Source: an uncultured archaeon (lineage in GTDB: Archaea > Nanobdellota > Nanobdellia > Pacearchaeales > GW2011-AR1). Taken from it: a stretch of DNA of 64,000 nt. The position numbers and the translations under genes were made by a program. The DNA lies in NCBI GenBank assembly GCA_902385635.1, contig CABMGN010000004.1, positions 21-64,020 of the forward strand. Reading direction: 5' to 3'. The notes beneath the pieces were generated by a model. The model was not told the origin of the DNA. It was given only the letters and a program-made list of their open reading frames with translations, and made no database searches. Numbering within the stretch: position 1 is the stretch's first letter; each line of letters starts with the position of its first letter. Of this stretch, positions 18,042-28,493 are shown in pieces.

Positions 18042-19226
18042 TTAAAGACTAAGCATCTGGATATTTTTGCTTGATGCTGCAAAGTTTTTAGCAACAATTG
18101 CGGCACAACCAACTTCTTCTGCTGCCTCAATCATACCACCTGTAACTGTACCATCAATTACTAAAGCTCGAGGTTGCCTCTGTATTCTTCTTAGTGTTCC
18201 CACCAAAGTTTTTACAGAAACTGCTTTCATTTCTTTAAGATTTTCATCTAGAATTACAGCTTTACCTGAGCCGGCATTCTCGCTTGAAAGTTCTTCTAAG
18301 AATTTAATATCTTTTTCAGATAGACTATTTGTTTTTTTTACTGGTTCTGGAGACTCTTCAGAGTCCTGTCGTGAGTATGATCTACCTGTATACCTATTAT
18401 CAGAGTAAGGTGCTCTTGAAAGATACTCTTCGACAGGAATCTTCTTTCTGAGAGTCATAAGAATTTCCTTTCCAGTTAATTCTTCTACTTCTTTACCATC
18501 TGGTGCCATTGCAATATATTTGATCTTTGCATTGTCTAGAACATTCTGGATGATTAACTTTCCACCCCTATCTCCATCAACATAAAGAGTAATTTCTTTT
18601 TCTTGAGATAACTCCTTTATTCCTTGAGGAAGTTTTGTTCCGTTCATTGCAACAACGTTTCTAACCCCATTCTTCATTAGGTTAACTAAGTCTGCACGAC
18701 CTTCAACAAGAATAATTTCGTTTCCTGTCAAGTCTCCGGCAGCAACTTTGTCATCCCCAAACTCTTCAACTTCTCCAAGTTTAACATGACTCTTGATTTC
18801 ATTTGAAATCTCTCTTGAATCTGTTGATCCCTGAATCTGAGTTAGAAGTTTCTTTGCTCTGTCAACAATGTAATCTCTCTTGCTTCCCCTTACATCTTCA
18901 ATCTTTTCGATTTCGATACGTGAGTCGCTTGGGCCTATTCTTTCAATTGTTTCTATAGCTGCAGCAATTAAAGTTGTCTCTGACTGATCTAGAGCTGTTG
19001 GAATCTTAATAACCCCAATAGTTCTTTTTCCGTCTTTTTGTAATTCAACTTCAATTCTTCCTATCTTTCCTTCTTTCTGTAACTCTCTCATTTCAAGTTC
19101 ATTACCAAGAAGGCCTTCTGTCTGACCGAATAGAGCTCCGATTACATCTGGCTTTTCTAGTGCACCTTCTGCTTCGAAGTTTGCGTGTATCATGTATTTT
19201 ATTGATACTGGACTAATTTTTGCCAT
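18042..19226 (-). CDS. dnaG: archaeal DnaG (TOPRIM) primase/exosome-associated protein
   Basis: 'KYMIHANFEAEGALEKPDVIGALFGQTEGLLG' and TOPRIM 'ILVEGRADL...VDGDRGG'. AGGAG lies 8 nt upstream of the ATG. Confidence 0.9.
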   Translation of the reverse strand: MAKISPVSIKYMIHANFEAEGALEKPDVIGALFGQTEGLLGNELEMRELQKEGKIGRIEVELQKDGKRTIGVIKIPTALDQSETTLIAAAIETIERIGPSDSRIEIEKIEDVRGSKRDYIVDRAKKLLTQIQGSTDSREISNEIKSHVKLGEVEEFGDDKVAAGDLTGNEIILVEGRADLVNLMKNGVRNVVAMNGTKLPQGIKELSQEKEITLYVDGDRGGKLIIQNVLDNAKIKYIAMAPDGKEVEELTGKEILMTLRKKIPVEEYLSRAPYSDNRYTGRSYSRQDSEESPEPVKKTNSLSEKDIKFLEELSSENAGSGKAVILDENLKEMKAVSVKTLVGTLRRIQRQPRALVIDGTVTGGMIEAAEEVGCAAIVAKNFAASSKNIQMLSL

Positions 19227-19407
19227 TTTTGAACTCCTGTTTAGTTTATTTTGTTTAGAAAATAGAATTACTAGATCCCGGGCCTATTGGCCGGCATCAT
19301 GCACTTTTTTGCCTAATGCAAAGGTGAATGTGAGTGTGAAATAATCTAATAATAGATACTTTCTAATGCCTAAAGGAAGCCTAAAGAGTTTTTAAAGTTT
19401 ATGGGGG

Positions 19408-20007
19408 TTAGTTCAGCCAAGGGGTCTTTCGTCTCTGGCCGCCCTGACCTGCAAGCATATATTCTTTCTTTTTACCTAGTTTTTCGTAAAGTTCAACCAA
19501 TTTTGCCTTAATTTCTGCCTTTTCCTGATCTGTTATCTTAAGTTCGAGCATTTTTTCGTAAACTCTAACTGCGTTACTTCTCTTTAACTGACTCTCGTAG
19601 ATTTCTGCTTGTTTTTTGTAGAGAAGTTTTACCTTTGTGTAGATATTCTGTTTTTCTTGAATTGACATTCCCTGCGAAGCTTTCTGAATTGACTTCTCAA
19701 CTTGTTCGAAGAATCCTCCCTTGATTAGAGATTCAGCCTCTTTGATATAGTAAGCTGATTTCTCCTGATCATTCAGACAGTAAATTGCTGCACTGTCGTA
19801 GGCTTTTGAAGCATCGAAAAACATTGCTTTTTTCTCGTATATAGAAGCAAGCTTTAGATAAGAATATTTTTTAGTGTCCTGATTTGTGTCTGGCTCTTTT
19901 AAGAATCTAACCAGATGATCTATTTGAACAAAGTCACCTAAGCCCGAAAGAACAGAATCTATTTCTGATCGGGACATCCCTTTTTTTATTAATCCTATTG
20001 AAGGCAT
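19408..20007 (-). CDS. alpha-helical (TPR-like) hypothetical protein
   Basis: 199-aa clean ORF with helical-repeat-like composition. No family recognised. Confidence 0.45.
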   Translation of the reverse strand: MPSIGLIKKGMSRSEIDSVLSGLGDFVQIDHLVRFLKEPDTNQDTKKYSYLKLASIYEKKAMFFDASKAYDSAAIYCLNDQEKSAYYIKEAESLIKGGFFEQVEKSIQKASQGMSIQEKQNIYTKVKLLYKKQAEIYESQLKRSNAVRVYEKMLELKITDQEKAEIKAKLVELYEKLGKKKEYMLAGQGGQRRKTPWLN

Positions 20008-20106
20008 TAGCTAAAAAAGGAATATGGGTTTTTAATGGTTGTGATGCCAGTATAAAAAAGTTCTCGGATAAAATATTTCAAAAGTTAAAAAGAAAAGGAA
20101 AAAAGT

Positions 20107-21393
20107 TTAAGCTTTCTTCTTTGTAATTTCAATACACATACCAGCAGCAACAGTTTGACCTGCGTCTCTAACTGCAAATCTTGCCATGTATGGATTTTCT
20201 TTCTGAGTTTCAAGGCAAAGGTTTCCAATAGGCTTAAGTCTAACCTTAGCAACATCTCCATTCTTTAGGAAGTCTGGATTTGTCTTAATTGCCTGGCCTG
20301 TTCTTGGGTCAATCTGTTCGATTAACTCAATGAATTGGCATGGAACCTGAGCGGTGTGAACGTGGAATACTGGTGTGTATCCTTTAGCTAGTACAGTTGG
20401 GTGATTGATAACTGCGATCTGAGCAATGAACTCTTCAACGATTGTGATTGGTTTGTCTGCTGCACAGATAACATCTCCTCTTGCAATATCTTTCTTTCCA
20501 ACTCCTCTAATGTTGATACCAACATTGTCTCCAGCAAGAGCTTCTGGAAGTTGTTCGTGGTGCATTTCAATTGACTTGATTTCACCTGGAACACCTTTTC
20601 CTGTTCTTCCGGGTAAGATTATAACTTTCTGTCCTGGTTTCATAATACCTGTTTCAATTTTTCCAACAGGAACAGTTCCGATACCAGTAATTTCGTAAAC
20701 ATCTTGGATTGGCATTCTAAGAGGTAAACCAGTTGGTAACTCTGGCTGTGGGAATAAATCAAGTTGTTCTAATAGTGTAGGTCCCTTGTACCAAGCCATC
20801 TTATCTGATTTCTTAGCAATATTATCTCCTTGTAAACCGCTTACTGCTAGGAAAGTAGTTGTTTCGGGGTTAATTCCAACTTGTTTTAATAGAGTTGAAA
20901 CATCTTCTTTAACTTTCTTGAATTTGTCTTCAGCATAATTGCCCATATCCATCTTGTTTACTAGAATTGCAACATTCTTTACACCCATTGTTCTTAATAG
21001 CCATAGGTGTTCTGTAGTTTGAGGCTGAACTCCATTCATAACATCAACTACTAAGAAAGCAGCATCTGCTTGTGAAGCTCCAGTAATCATATTCTTAACG
21101 AAATCTCTGTGACCTGGTGCATCAATGATTGTGACTTCAAACTTTTGAGTAACTAATTTTTTGTAAGAAAGGTCGATTGTAACTCCTCTTTCTCTCTCTT
21201 CCTTAATATTATCCATAACGTAAGCAAATTCGAATCCTACTTTTCCGTACTTTGCAGCTTCTTCTTTAAGCTTTTTCATTTGCTGTTCTGGAACCATACC
21301 AGAATCGAACATTAATCTACCAATACATGTTGACTTTCCTGCGTCAACGTGTCCTACGAAGACAACATTCATGTTTGGTTTTGCTTTTGCCAT
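20107..21393 (-). CDS. tuf: translation elongation factor EF-1alpha
   Basis: '[13 protein letters not shown]', 'DAPGHRDF', 'NKMD', full length 428 aa. Confidence 0.97.
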   Translation of the reverse strand: MAKAKPNMNVVFVGHVDAGKSTCIGRLMFDSGMVPEQQMKKLKEEAAKYGKVGFEFAYVMDNIKEERERGVTIDLSYKKLVTQKFEVTIIDAPGHRDFVKNMITGASQADAAFLVVDVMNGVQPQTTEHLWLLRTMGVKNVAILVNKMDMGNYAEDKFKKVKEDVSTLLKQVGINPETTTFLAVSGLQGDNIAKKSDKMAWYKGPTLLEQLDLFPQPELPTGLPLRMPIQDVYEITGIGTVPVGKIETGIMKPGQKVIILPGRTGKGVPGEIKSIEMHHEQLPEALAGDNVGINIRGVGKKDIARGDVICAADKPITIVEEFIAQIAVINHPTVLAKGYTPVFHVHTAQVPCQFIELIEQIDPRTGQAIKTNPDFLKNGDVAKVRLKPIGNLCLETQKENPYMARFAVRDAGQTVAAGMCIEITKKKA

Positions 21394-21480
21394 AATGAGT
21401 TAGTGAAAAAGATGATTTATAAACTTTTCGTTAATTTTTTGAAATAGATTGTTTACCGACGGGAAAAGAATAGAAATAAA

Positions 21481-22341
21481 TTATTTCTTCTTGAGAAGAG
21501 TGTAGAGATAGATTCCTCCTAAGAACAAAGTAATAACAATCAAAATTAAAGAAACATTAGAGGAGTTAGTTCCAATGACATTCCCAGTTAAAAACGATCT
21601 CTGAGATAAGAAAATTCCAACTAGCCCAAGAAGGATGAGGCCGGGCATTACTTTATCCCGCAGTCCAGTGTAGTCCATAAGACGGTTAATCGCACGCCCA
21701 ATTCCTCGAGTAACTGTTTCGTACCCCTCTTGGATGCGGCTTGCAGTATCTTCTGCTCTTCTCTCGCCGGCCTGTTTACAATTATATTTGAAAACTGCTG
21801 AAACATCTCCTTTAAGTTTCTGAATAAACGGATTCTCTCTCTCGACAGTTACATTATAAGGGATCATTTTCCCGTTTACTTCATTTACTCCGAATGTAGC
21901 CAAGGGGTGTTCCTTGTCTTTATTATAGACCAGAGAAAATTTCCAATTCTTTTTGTTGAATTTTTTAAAGAAAGAGGGCTCCTGCAAAATTTCGAATGAA
22001 AACTTTCCTTGTTGAAATTCATAGTCTATATCATCTTGGATTTTTTGTCTTGCTTGCGTTATGCTATCATGATAAAATGTTTTTGCTGGATCAAGAGTCT
22101 GACATGCTCCAAGTTCTGTTGCGTATAGTGGGTCGGAAACAGATTTTTCTAACTCTTGTATCGCAGATTTCCTGATGCTTTCTTTAGCCCGTGTTAAAGT
22201 TTCTGGTTTGTTTAATTGAGATTGAACATACTTATTAATTGCATAGTCCCCTGCAAAATAGCTACTTCCCACTAGAACCGCCCCGGCTAATAAACCGATC
22301 AAAGAATTACGTAATTTGTGACTAACCTTCTTTTCACTCAC
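21481..22341 (-). CDS. membrane protein (N- and C-terminal TM segments)
   Basis: 286-aa clean ORF. No family recognised. Confidence 0.5.
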   Translation of the reverse strand: MSEKKVSHKLRNSLIGLLAGAVLVGSSYFAGDYAINKYVQSQLNKPETLTRAKESIRKSAIQELEKSVSDPLYATELGACQTLDPAKTFYHDSITQARQKIQDDIDYEFQQGKFSFEILQEPSFFKKFNKKNWKFSLVYNKDKEHPLATFGVNEVNGKMIPYNVTVERENPFIQKLKGDVSAVFKYNCKQAGERRAEDTASRIQEGYETVTRGIGRAINRLMDYTGLRDKVMPGLILLGLVGIFLSQRSFLTGNVIGTNSSNVSLILIVITLFLGGIYLYTLLKKK

Positions 22342-22378
22342 AAAAGGATATAGAAAAAAGATTATTTATATTTACTTG

Positions 22379-22786
22379 TTATAAATTTTTAACAATTTCG
22401 TCTTTTATCCTAAATAGAATTTCTTCAGGCACAATAAAATTGTGATCTCGTTCGTATCCCTTACCAAAATTAGAATCCTTAAAAGTTAGCCCAAATAGTT
22501 TCCTTTCTCGAGAATATCGCGGGATAAGGTGAATGTGTAAATGTTTTGTTGCATTACTCAGAGAGTAATAGTTGAATAAGTCTGGGTTGAAAGACTTTTC
22601 AAGGGATTTTTTAACGGCCTTACCAAGTTCGTAAAATTCCAGAATTGCTTCTTTAGAAAGTTCTAATAAATCCTTTTTATCATCTTTTTTGTACCAGAAA
22701 CAAACTCTTCCGGGAACAGTCTGATCCCAGTGAACATTAACTTCCCAAAACTTTCCTTCAGTAATTTTTAACTTTTGAAAGTCCAT
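22379..22786 (-). CDS. HIT-family nucleotide hydrolase/transferase
   Basis: Histidine triad 'HLHIHLIPR'. Confidence 0.8.
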   Translation of the reverse strand: MDFQKLKITEGKFWEVNVHWDQTVPGRVCFWYKKDDKKDLLELSKEAILEFYELGKAVKKSLEKSFNPDLFNYYSLSNATKHLHIHLIPRYSRERKLFGLTFKDSNFGKGYERDHNFIVPEEILFRIKDEIVKNL

Positions 22787-22816
22787 AATAAAAATAGAAT
22801 TAAGAAACTAATAAAT

Positions 22817-25003
22817 TTATTGATTTTCAGTCAGACCTTTTCTTTCTCTAATCTTCCTGATTACATCTTGCTGCATATTCTGAGGAAGTCTTTCGAATTG
22901 CTGATCTAGTAATGAAGATGTTCCACGACCCTCTGTTGCGGATCTTAAATCACTTGACCATCCTATCATTTCTGCAACTGGAATCTTTGCTTTAATCTGA
23001 ACTACACCTAGCTCTTGAGTTACATCTAACATCTGTCCTCTCTTGCTTGAAACAAGTTTTGTTGCTTCTCCCATGAATTTTTCTGGAACTTCAATAACGT
23101 GAACTTGTTGTGGTTCTAGGATTGCTGGAGTTGCTGCAGTCATTGCTGCCTTGATTGATTCTCTAACAGCAGGATAAACTTGTGCAGGACCTCTATGGAT
23201 TGCATCTTCGTGAAGTTTAATATCCATTAGAGAGAACTTCATTTTTGTACACGGCTCTCTTGCAAGAGGACCAGAGTCCATTACCATCTCAAATGCGTCA
23301 AGGACCATTTCAATTACTTCACCGATGTGAACTTCTCCCCTTGTTTCATCCATGAAAATATTTCCTTTGTAAACATCTCTTAAATTTCTAACACTGTCCC
23401 CATCCCAACCCATTTTCATTAATTGATCTTGTAAAGCATTTGATTTTTTCTTAATTCTTCCTTCAGGAATTTCTCCTCTTTCAACAGCATTAAATGTTTC
23501 ATCATCTAGAGGTTCAACTTTAATAAAAAAGCTATTATGTTTATTTGGTGATTTTCCTTCTTCTGATCCGGAAGATTTTACAACTGTTTCTCTATAAACA
23601 ACAATTGGTTGAGAAGTTTTTATTTCAAGACCTTTTTCTGTTTTGATTCTTCCTTCAATGATCTCTAGGTGGAGTTCTCCCATTCCGGAAATTAAAGATT
23701 CTCCTGTTTCTTCATTTATTGTAACTTTAAGTGAAGGATCTTCTTTCTGAACTTTTCTTAAAATTTCAATTAGCTTTGGAAGATCTGCTGTTTTTACAAC
23801 TTCAATTGATTTTGTAATAACTGGTTGAAAGAGATGTTTAATTTCTTCGAAAGGTGTTTGTTCTTTTAGAGTAATTGTATCACCAACATCGACGTTTAAA
23901 CCTGAGATTGCTAAAACATTACCTGCTGGAACAGATTCTAATTGTTCGGGTTTAATCCCGTTATATACTAGAACTTGTTGAACCTTTCCGGCTTTTTTTG
24001 CTAGATTACACCAGACATCCATTCCGCTTTTCATAGTACCTGAGAATAATCTTCCTGCAGAGATTTCTTTTCCTGAACGAGGGTCAATAACAATTCTTGT
24101 AATAACAAATGCAACCTCTCCATTTGGATTACAGTTAATTAGATCTTTTCCAAATTCTGTATCTAAATCTCCTCTCCAGATTTTTGGAATTCTGTATTTT
24201 TGTGCTTCAACAGGATTTGGTAAGTGTTTAACTACCATATCTAGAATAACTTCGTTCAGTGAAGCATTTTTCCAAACCCAATCAATCCTTTCTTGCTCAG
24301 GAAGTTCGTAAATATGGTAAATATCTTTGAAATTTATTCCTTTCTTTATCATGAAAGGAGCAGACATTGCCCAATTTTCTCTTGCTGATCCGAATGCAAC
24401 ACTTCCATCTGCAACAGAAACTTTCCACTTGTCTTTGAATTCTGGTTCTGCAATTTGCTCAAGGAACATATTAAATTCGTGAATAATTTTCTTGAATCTT
24501 TCTTGCATCTGCTCGGGTGTTACTTTAAGCTCTTTAATTAAACGATCAACTTTGTTAATGAATAAAACCGGTTTTACTCTCTCTCTTAATGCTTGTCTAA
24601 CAACTGTTTCTGTTTGGGGCATCATTCCTTCAACTGCACAGACAAGAACAATTGTTCCGTCAATAGCTCTCATAGCTCGTGTAACATTACCTGAGAAATC
24701 AACGTGTCCGGGAGTATCGATAAGGTTAATAAGATATTCTTGGCCATTGTATTCGTGAGCCATTGAAACATTAGCAGAGTCAACAGTCATAAGTCTTTCT
24801 TGTTCATCACCGTGCTGCCAGGTTGCCATACCCTCTTCAAGATCTCCAGCATTTTTTGAAGCCATCATTCCTGCTGCTGCAAGAAGATTGTCAGTGAAAG
24901 CTGTTTTTCCATGGTGAATATGCGCAGATGTACAGATATTTCTAATTGTGGTCTGATTAGAAGTCAGTCTATTGATCTTTTCTAAGCTTGTTTCCTTTGC
25001 CAT
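22817..25003 (-). CDS. fusA: translation elongation factor EF-2
   Basis: 'AHIHHGKTAFTD', 'DTPGHVDF', and domain IV 'LHEDAIHRGPAQ' with the diphthamide-acceptor His retained. Confidence 0.97.
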   Translation of the reverse strand: MAKETSLEKINRLTSNQTTIRNICTSAHIHHGKTAFTDNLLAAAGMMASKNAGDLEEGMATWQHGDEQERLMTVDSANVSMAHEYNGQEYLINLIDTPGHVDFSGNVTRAMRAIDGTIVLVCAVEGMMPQTETVVRQALRERVKPVLFINKVDRLIKELKVTPEQMQERFKKIIHEFNMFLEQIAEPEFKDKWKVSVADGSVAFGSARENWAMSAPFMIKKGINFKDIYHIYELPEQERIDWVWKNASLNEVILDMVVKHLPNPVEAQKYRIPKIWRGDLDTEFGKDLINCNPNGEVAFVITRIVIDPRSGKEISAGRLFSGTMKSGMDVWCNLAKKAGKVQQVLVYNGIKPEQLESVPAGNVLAISGLNVDVGDTITLKEQTPFEEIKHLFQPVITKSIEVVKTADLPKLIEILRKVQKEDPSLKVTINEETGESLISGMGELHLEIIEGRIKTEKGLEIKTSQPIVVYRETVVKSSGSEEGKSPNKHNSFFIKVEPLDDETFNAVERGEIPEGRIKKKSNALQDQLMKMGWDGDSVRNLRDVYKGNIFMDETRGEVHIGEVIEMVLDAFEMVMDSGPLAREPCTKMKFSLMDIKLHEDAIHRGPAQVYPAVRESIKAAMTAATPAILEPQQVHVIEVPEKFMGEATKLVSSKRGQMLDVTQELGVVQIKAKIPVAEMIGWSSDLRSATEGRGTSSLLDQQFERLPQNMQQDVIRKIRERKGLTENQ

Positions 25004-25057
25004 AATGAATATTTTTACAAAAATTAGTTTTTAAAGGTTTGGTGTAAGGGAGAGCTT

Positions 25058-26167
25058 TTACTTGCTTGTATCTTTTTTATCTGAAACAATATTTATGAAT
25101 GCTTCAAGCCGGGTCAACATTCCGTTTATCCCGGAGTGCTCATCGTAACTTAATTCTACAAAAGGCAAGCCAAAGAAATTTTCTTTTTTAATAACGTAAC
25201 TTATATTATCTAGGGGGGTACACATATTAGGTTTTACATAGATTATCCCGTCTACTTTTTGATCCAACCCCTTCAGTATTTCTGATAGGGTAATTAGCTC
25301 TACAATATATTTATCAGTAATTTTAGCAGGAGAATTTTTGTTTGACATTATTTTGTGAAGTTTTTCCTTGGCTTGTTTAGAGTATTTAGAAAGCTTAAAA
25401 TTGTAAATTGAGGAGGGCCAGCTTAGGACTGTTTCTGCACCGTGTTTAGCAAGGAAAACATCCAAATCAAAAAAAGGAAATCCGAGCAAGATAGTTGTAG
25501 CATCTCCGGCAATGAGGAATCTATATTTTGGTTTTTCCTTAATCTTCTCTTTTGAACAAATCTTAGAGAATTCATTAACAATATTCTCAGATTCCTGAGC
25601 TCCTTCAGCAAGAATAAATTTTCTTTTATACTCGTCAAATGTTCTCTTTAAGGAAGCAGGATTCTTTACTAGAGGTAAAGTTTTGTAATAAGTCTGCGTA
25701 AGTTTTTTTCCTAAGCCGAGTCTTTTTATCGCCGCAGGAATTTTTTTAGTAAATTCAATAAACTTTAACTCTGGATCTATTTTCTTTATCTGCTTGAAAA
25801 AATCAAGCATTGTTTCTTTTGACACACAGAGTTCATCCATAGAAATTTGGTAATACTCAAAATCTTTTTTTATCCACTTTTGTAAATCACCCATAACCAT
25901 CGGGTACTTACATAAATTTATTTTTATTCCAACAACCTTCTTAACGTTCTGCTCTCTTACTAACTTTTCAAAAACTGAAACAAAAAGTTTAAGAGAGTAA
26001 CACCAATCTCCAAAAAGCTCCTGTCCGTATTTATCAATTGTCTGATCCTTAACTAGCTTAAACCTAGCGATTTCAAATCTATTCTTATCTAGAAACGTTG
26101 CTACAAGAGATTCCAACCCGAAAAGAGGGAAAATAGCAACTTTAATCTTAGATTTTTTTATTGACAT
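25058..26167 (-). CDS. DUF2229-like partner of acyl-CoA-dehydratase-type activase
   Basis: Overlaps the upstream activase gene by 10 nt. 'ELFGDWCYSLKLF' resembles the C(F/Y)P.K motif region of HgdB/DUF2229-type proteins. Confidence 0.55.
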   Translation of the reverse strand: MSIKKSKIKVAIFPLFGLESLVATFLDKNRFEIARFKLVKDQTIDKYGQELFGDWCYSLKLFVSVFEKLVREQNVKKVVGIKINLCKYPMVMGDLQKWIKKDFEYYQISMDELCVSKETMLDFFKQIKKIDPELKFIEFTKKIPAAIKRLGLGKKLTQTYYKTLPLVKNPASLKRTFDEYKRKFILAEGAQESENIVNEFSKICSKEKIKEKPKYRFLIAGDATTILLGFPFFDLDVFLAKHGAETVLSWPSSIYNFKLSKYSKQAKEKLHKIMSNKNSPAKITDKYIVELITLSEILKGLDQKVDGIIYVKPNMCTPLDNISYVIKKENFFGLPFVELSYDEHSGINGMLTRLEAFINIVSDKKDTSK

Positions 26168-27090
26168 CGTTTTCCAAAAGTAAGTATCTTTTTATTTATC
26201 TTCACTTTCATTACTTCTGCACCGCATTTATTATTACATTCAAAACAATTTTTATTTTCCAACACCTCAAACTTGTTTATTTTCGGAACATCTCTCGGAT
26301 TATCGATTCCTCTTTTTATGCAAAGAAGCGCAGCACCCCACGCACCGATTATAGTGTTGTAGGGTTTTGGGACAATAAAGTTTCTCGGACTTTTAATTAA
26401 ACCACTCTCTAAAAATTTGTTCTGTATTTCCTGAACAAGAAGTGGATTTTCTGAAGTTCCTCCTTCAAAAAGAAAATCTCCTTCTAGTTTTTTACCTCTA
26501 CAAAGCTGCATAAAATAATTATCTATTAATCCCCTGTGGATTCCACGGATTACTCTATTAAGAGGTATGCCGGATTGTTGTGCGTGAATAATATCTGTTT
26601 CTGCAAAAACTGTACACTTGCTTGCAATTTTGTGATATTCTTTTGATGTTAAACCAATTTTACAAAACTCCTCTATTGAAACTCCTAATCTTGCGGCTTG
26701 TTGATCTAAAAATGAACCTGTTCCTGCAGCGCATACATTGTTCATTTCGAAATTAATTGAGTTACCTGAAAAATAAATTAGTTTGCTGTCTTGTCCCCCT
26801 ATCTCAAAAATAGTTTTTACTTTAGGATACATTTTGTTTATGGCTGTTCGATGAGCAGTTATTTCATCAATAATCAAATCAGCTTCAATTAAACTGCCTA
26901 TAAACGCCCTAGCACTTCCAGTTACAGCAATAGCACTAACTTTCTTTGCTCCTACTGAATTTAATATTTTTTTTGTTGCGTTTAGAAGATCTCCTTTTAT
27001 TCGTAGGTATTTTTGTTCGACAACTTTTCCCTGTTTGTTCACAAGGGCGTACTTTATTGTTATACTCCCAATATCTATTCCGAGATACAT
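26158..27090 (-). CDS. BadF/BadG/BcrA/HgdC-type ATPase (CoA-substrate-specific enzyme activase)
   Basis: ASKHA fold motifs 'YLGIDIGSITIK', 'EIGGQDSK', 'NNVCAAGTGSFLDQQA' (bridging-cluster Cys), 'GGTSEN'. Confidence 0.8.
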   Translation of the reverse strand: MYLGIDIGSITIKYALVNKQGKVVEQKYLRIKGDLLNATKKILNSVGAKKVSAIAVTGSARAFIGSLIEADLIIDEITAHRTAINKMYPKVKTIFEIGGQDSKLIYFSGNSINFEMNNVCAAGTGSFLDQQAARLGVSIEEFCKIGLTSKEYHKIASKCTVFAETDIIHAQQSGIPLNRVIRGIHRGLIDNYFMQLCRGKKLEGDFLFEGGTSENPLLVQEIQNKFLESGLIKSPRNFIVPKPYNTIIGAWGAALLCIKRGIDNPRDVPKINKFEVLENKNCFECNNKCGAEVMKVKINKKILTFGKRCQ

Positions 27091-27187
27091 AGGAGTGAAA
27101 TTGTAAGGGATTATTTAAATATATTTTAAACAGTGCCGGCAGCTAGACCAAACATTTTATAAGTATTATTCTTTTCCAAAAATCATT

Positions 27188-27271
27188 GCGGGTATGCCGG
27201 AGTGGTCAAACGGGCAGGACTTAAGATCCTGCGGCTTAGTGCCTGCGCAGGTTCGAACCCTGTTACCCGCA
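27188..27271 (+). tRNA. tRNA-Leu(UAA)
   Basis: Acceptor GCGGGTA/TACCCGC, anticodon arm CAGGA-CTTAAGA-TCCTG, long variable arm, T-arm GCAGG-TTCGAAC-CCTGT region. Confidence 0.9.
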
Positions 27272-27383
27272 TAAAAGTAGATTCTAAGCTCAAATTAGAG
27301 AATATATTTCGTTATATAATCTATAAAGATTTATTTAAAAATGCGAAAAATCGTATGACTTGAAAGGGAGGTATTTCAAAAAA

Positions 27384-27566
27384 ATGGTTGATGAAGAGCA
27401 CGTAAAAGCACTAGTTGATAATAGCCGAGTTTCTGAGTTAGCAGTAATGACTTGCATTAGGGAACTGGCCGAAAAAGAAGAGTTATCAGACTCTCTCAAA
27501 GTACAACTAGTCGGAAAGATGATTGCTATGCACAAAATCATGCATGGAAGCTATACGCAGTATTAA
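27384..27566 (+). CDS. small hypothetical protein (60 aa)
   Basis: ATG preceded by GGGAGGT about 13 nt upstream. Helical composition, no family recognised. Confidence 0.35.
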   Translation: MVDEEHVKALVDNSRVSELAVMTCIRELAEKEELSDSLKVQLVGKMIAMHKIMHGSYTQY

Positions 27567-27628
27567 GATAATTAAAGAGTAAAGTTAATCACAACAATTT
27601 TAATAAAGAGTATCAGTGATTTGTCTAA

Positions 27629-28237
27629 ATGGGGAAGAAAGTGTTTTTGTTTTTATTTGTAACCCTGGCTCTCTCTTGTTTAGTTAGTGCTTTACAAATT
27701 AGTGTGAATCCAACAGATATGGTCCTGAAAGTACAAACAGAAAAAGAAGTTTGTATAAACATTACTGTCAGCTCAGACCAGGCAACAATTATTTTAGTTA
27801 GTGATAAATGGGGAAGAAGTAAGTCAGACCAAATTAATAGTTACGGAATGACTCGGGATCAACTAGCAATTAAAGCTTTTGTTCCAGATAAAGTAATTAT
27901 TGGAGCTAAAGAGGAAAAAGATGTTGAAGTTTGTTTCACTCCCGGAGGAGAGGGAACATTTTATGGGGTAATTGTATTTGAGTCTTTCAACAAGCAAGCA
28001 GTTACTGGATCCTTTATTGAACTGAAGTCAAGCTATCAAACTTCTATGGGAGATGCAACACTTTTAGGAATGACCCATCAAGATATAAAACCTGTTGACC
28101 CAAAACAGACTCTTATTGCAATCTCGTTTTTGAATACTCTTTTCTTAATCTGTGTTTTAATATACCTCCTAAGAGCTATTTCTAGAAAAAAGAAGAAAAA
28201 GAAGAGTAAAAGAACCAGAGTTATTGAAGTGAAGTAA
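27629..28237 (+). CDS. secreted beta-rich protein with C-terminal TM anchor and poly-Lys tail
   Basis: Signal peptide 'FLFLFVTLALSCLVSA' and a C-terminal TM followed by 'RKKKKKKSKR'. Confidence 0.55.
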   Translation: MGKKVFLFLFVTLALSCLVSALQISVNPTDMVLKVQTEKEVCINITVSSDQATIILVSDKWGRSKSDQINSYGMTRDQLAIKAFVPDKVIIGAKEEKDVEVCFTPGGEGTFYGVIVFESFNKQAVTGSFIELKSSYQTSMGDATLLGMTHQDIKPVDPKQTLIAISFLNTLFLICVLIYLLRAISRKKKKKKSKRTRVIEVK

Positions 28238-28405
28238 CAACAAAGATAGTGCTTTTACGACGGAAATCCTTTTAAAGAAATTTGTTATAGTCTAATCATT
28301 GGGTTTAAAGAGGTCCACTTCGGTGAGGTTCCTCTGGATCCTTGCTGAGTGGATTTAAAATGGTGAAAAAAAAGAGTCTTAATTTATTTCTAAAATTAAA
28401 TCATA

Positions 28406-28436
28406 GTTATACGTATAACAATACGGATTGTATAAC
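28406..28436. promoter_or_regulatory. 14-bp perfect palindrome plus extra half-site upstream of the PKD surface-protein gene
   Basis: GTTATACGTATAAC (28406-28419), then GTATAAC again at 28430-28436. Overlaps the shared CGGATTGTATAA motif (28424-28435), 70 nt upstream of the ATG. Confidence 0.4.
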
Positions 28437-28493
28437 GTCTCTTGTTTTACAAGAGGTTCCTATAGAAGTGAAAGGAGGTTTAAATAAAAAATA

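Noticed and set aside
19261-19300. GC-rich patch CCCGGGCCTATTGGCCGGC upstream of dnaG
   Set aside because: Only a 4-bp GGCC/GGCC stem can form, and it is too short for a tRNA or sRNA. Probably promoter-region sequence.
6449-25003. Break-up of the archaeal EF-2 / EF-1alpha / S10 gene string as a sign of rearrangement or insertion
   Set aside because: The genes are dispersed (EF-2 at 22.8 kb, EF-1alpha at 20.1 kb, S10 at 6.4 kb), but the intervening genes are ordinary housekeeping genes with no mobile-element hallmarks. Loss of operon synteny is common in reduced archaeal genomes.
28300-28350. Small GC-richer patch with a CAC-UUCG-GUG hairpin nested in AGAGG/CCUCU, downstream of 27629-28237
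   Set aside because: Short, imperfect and explainable as a transcript-end or 5'-UTR hairpin. Not enough structure to call an RNA gene.
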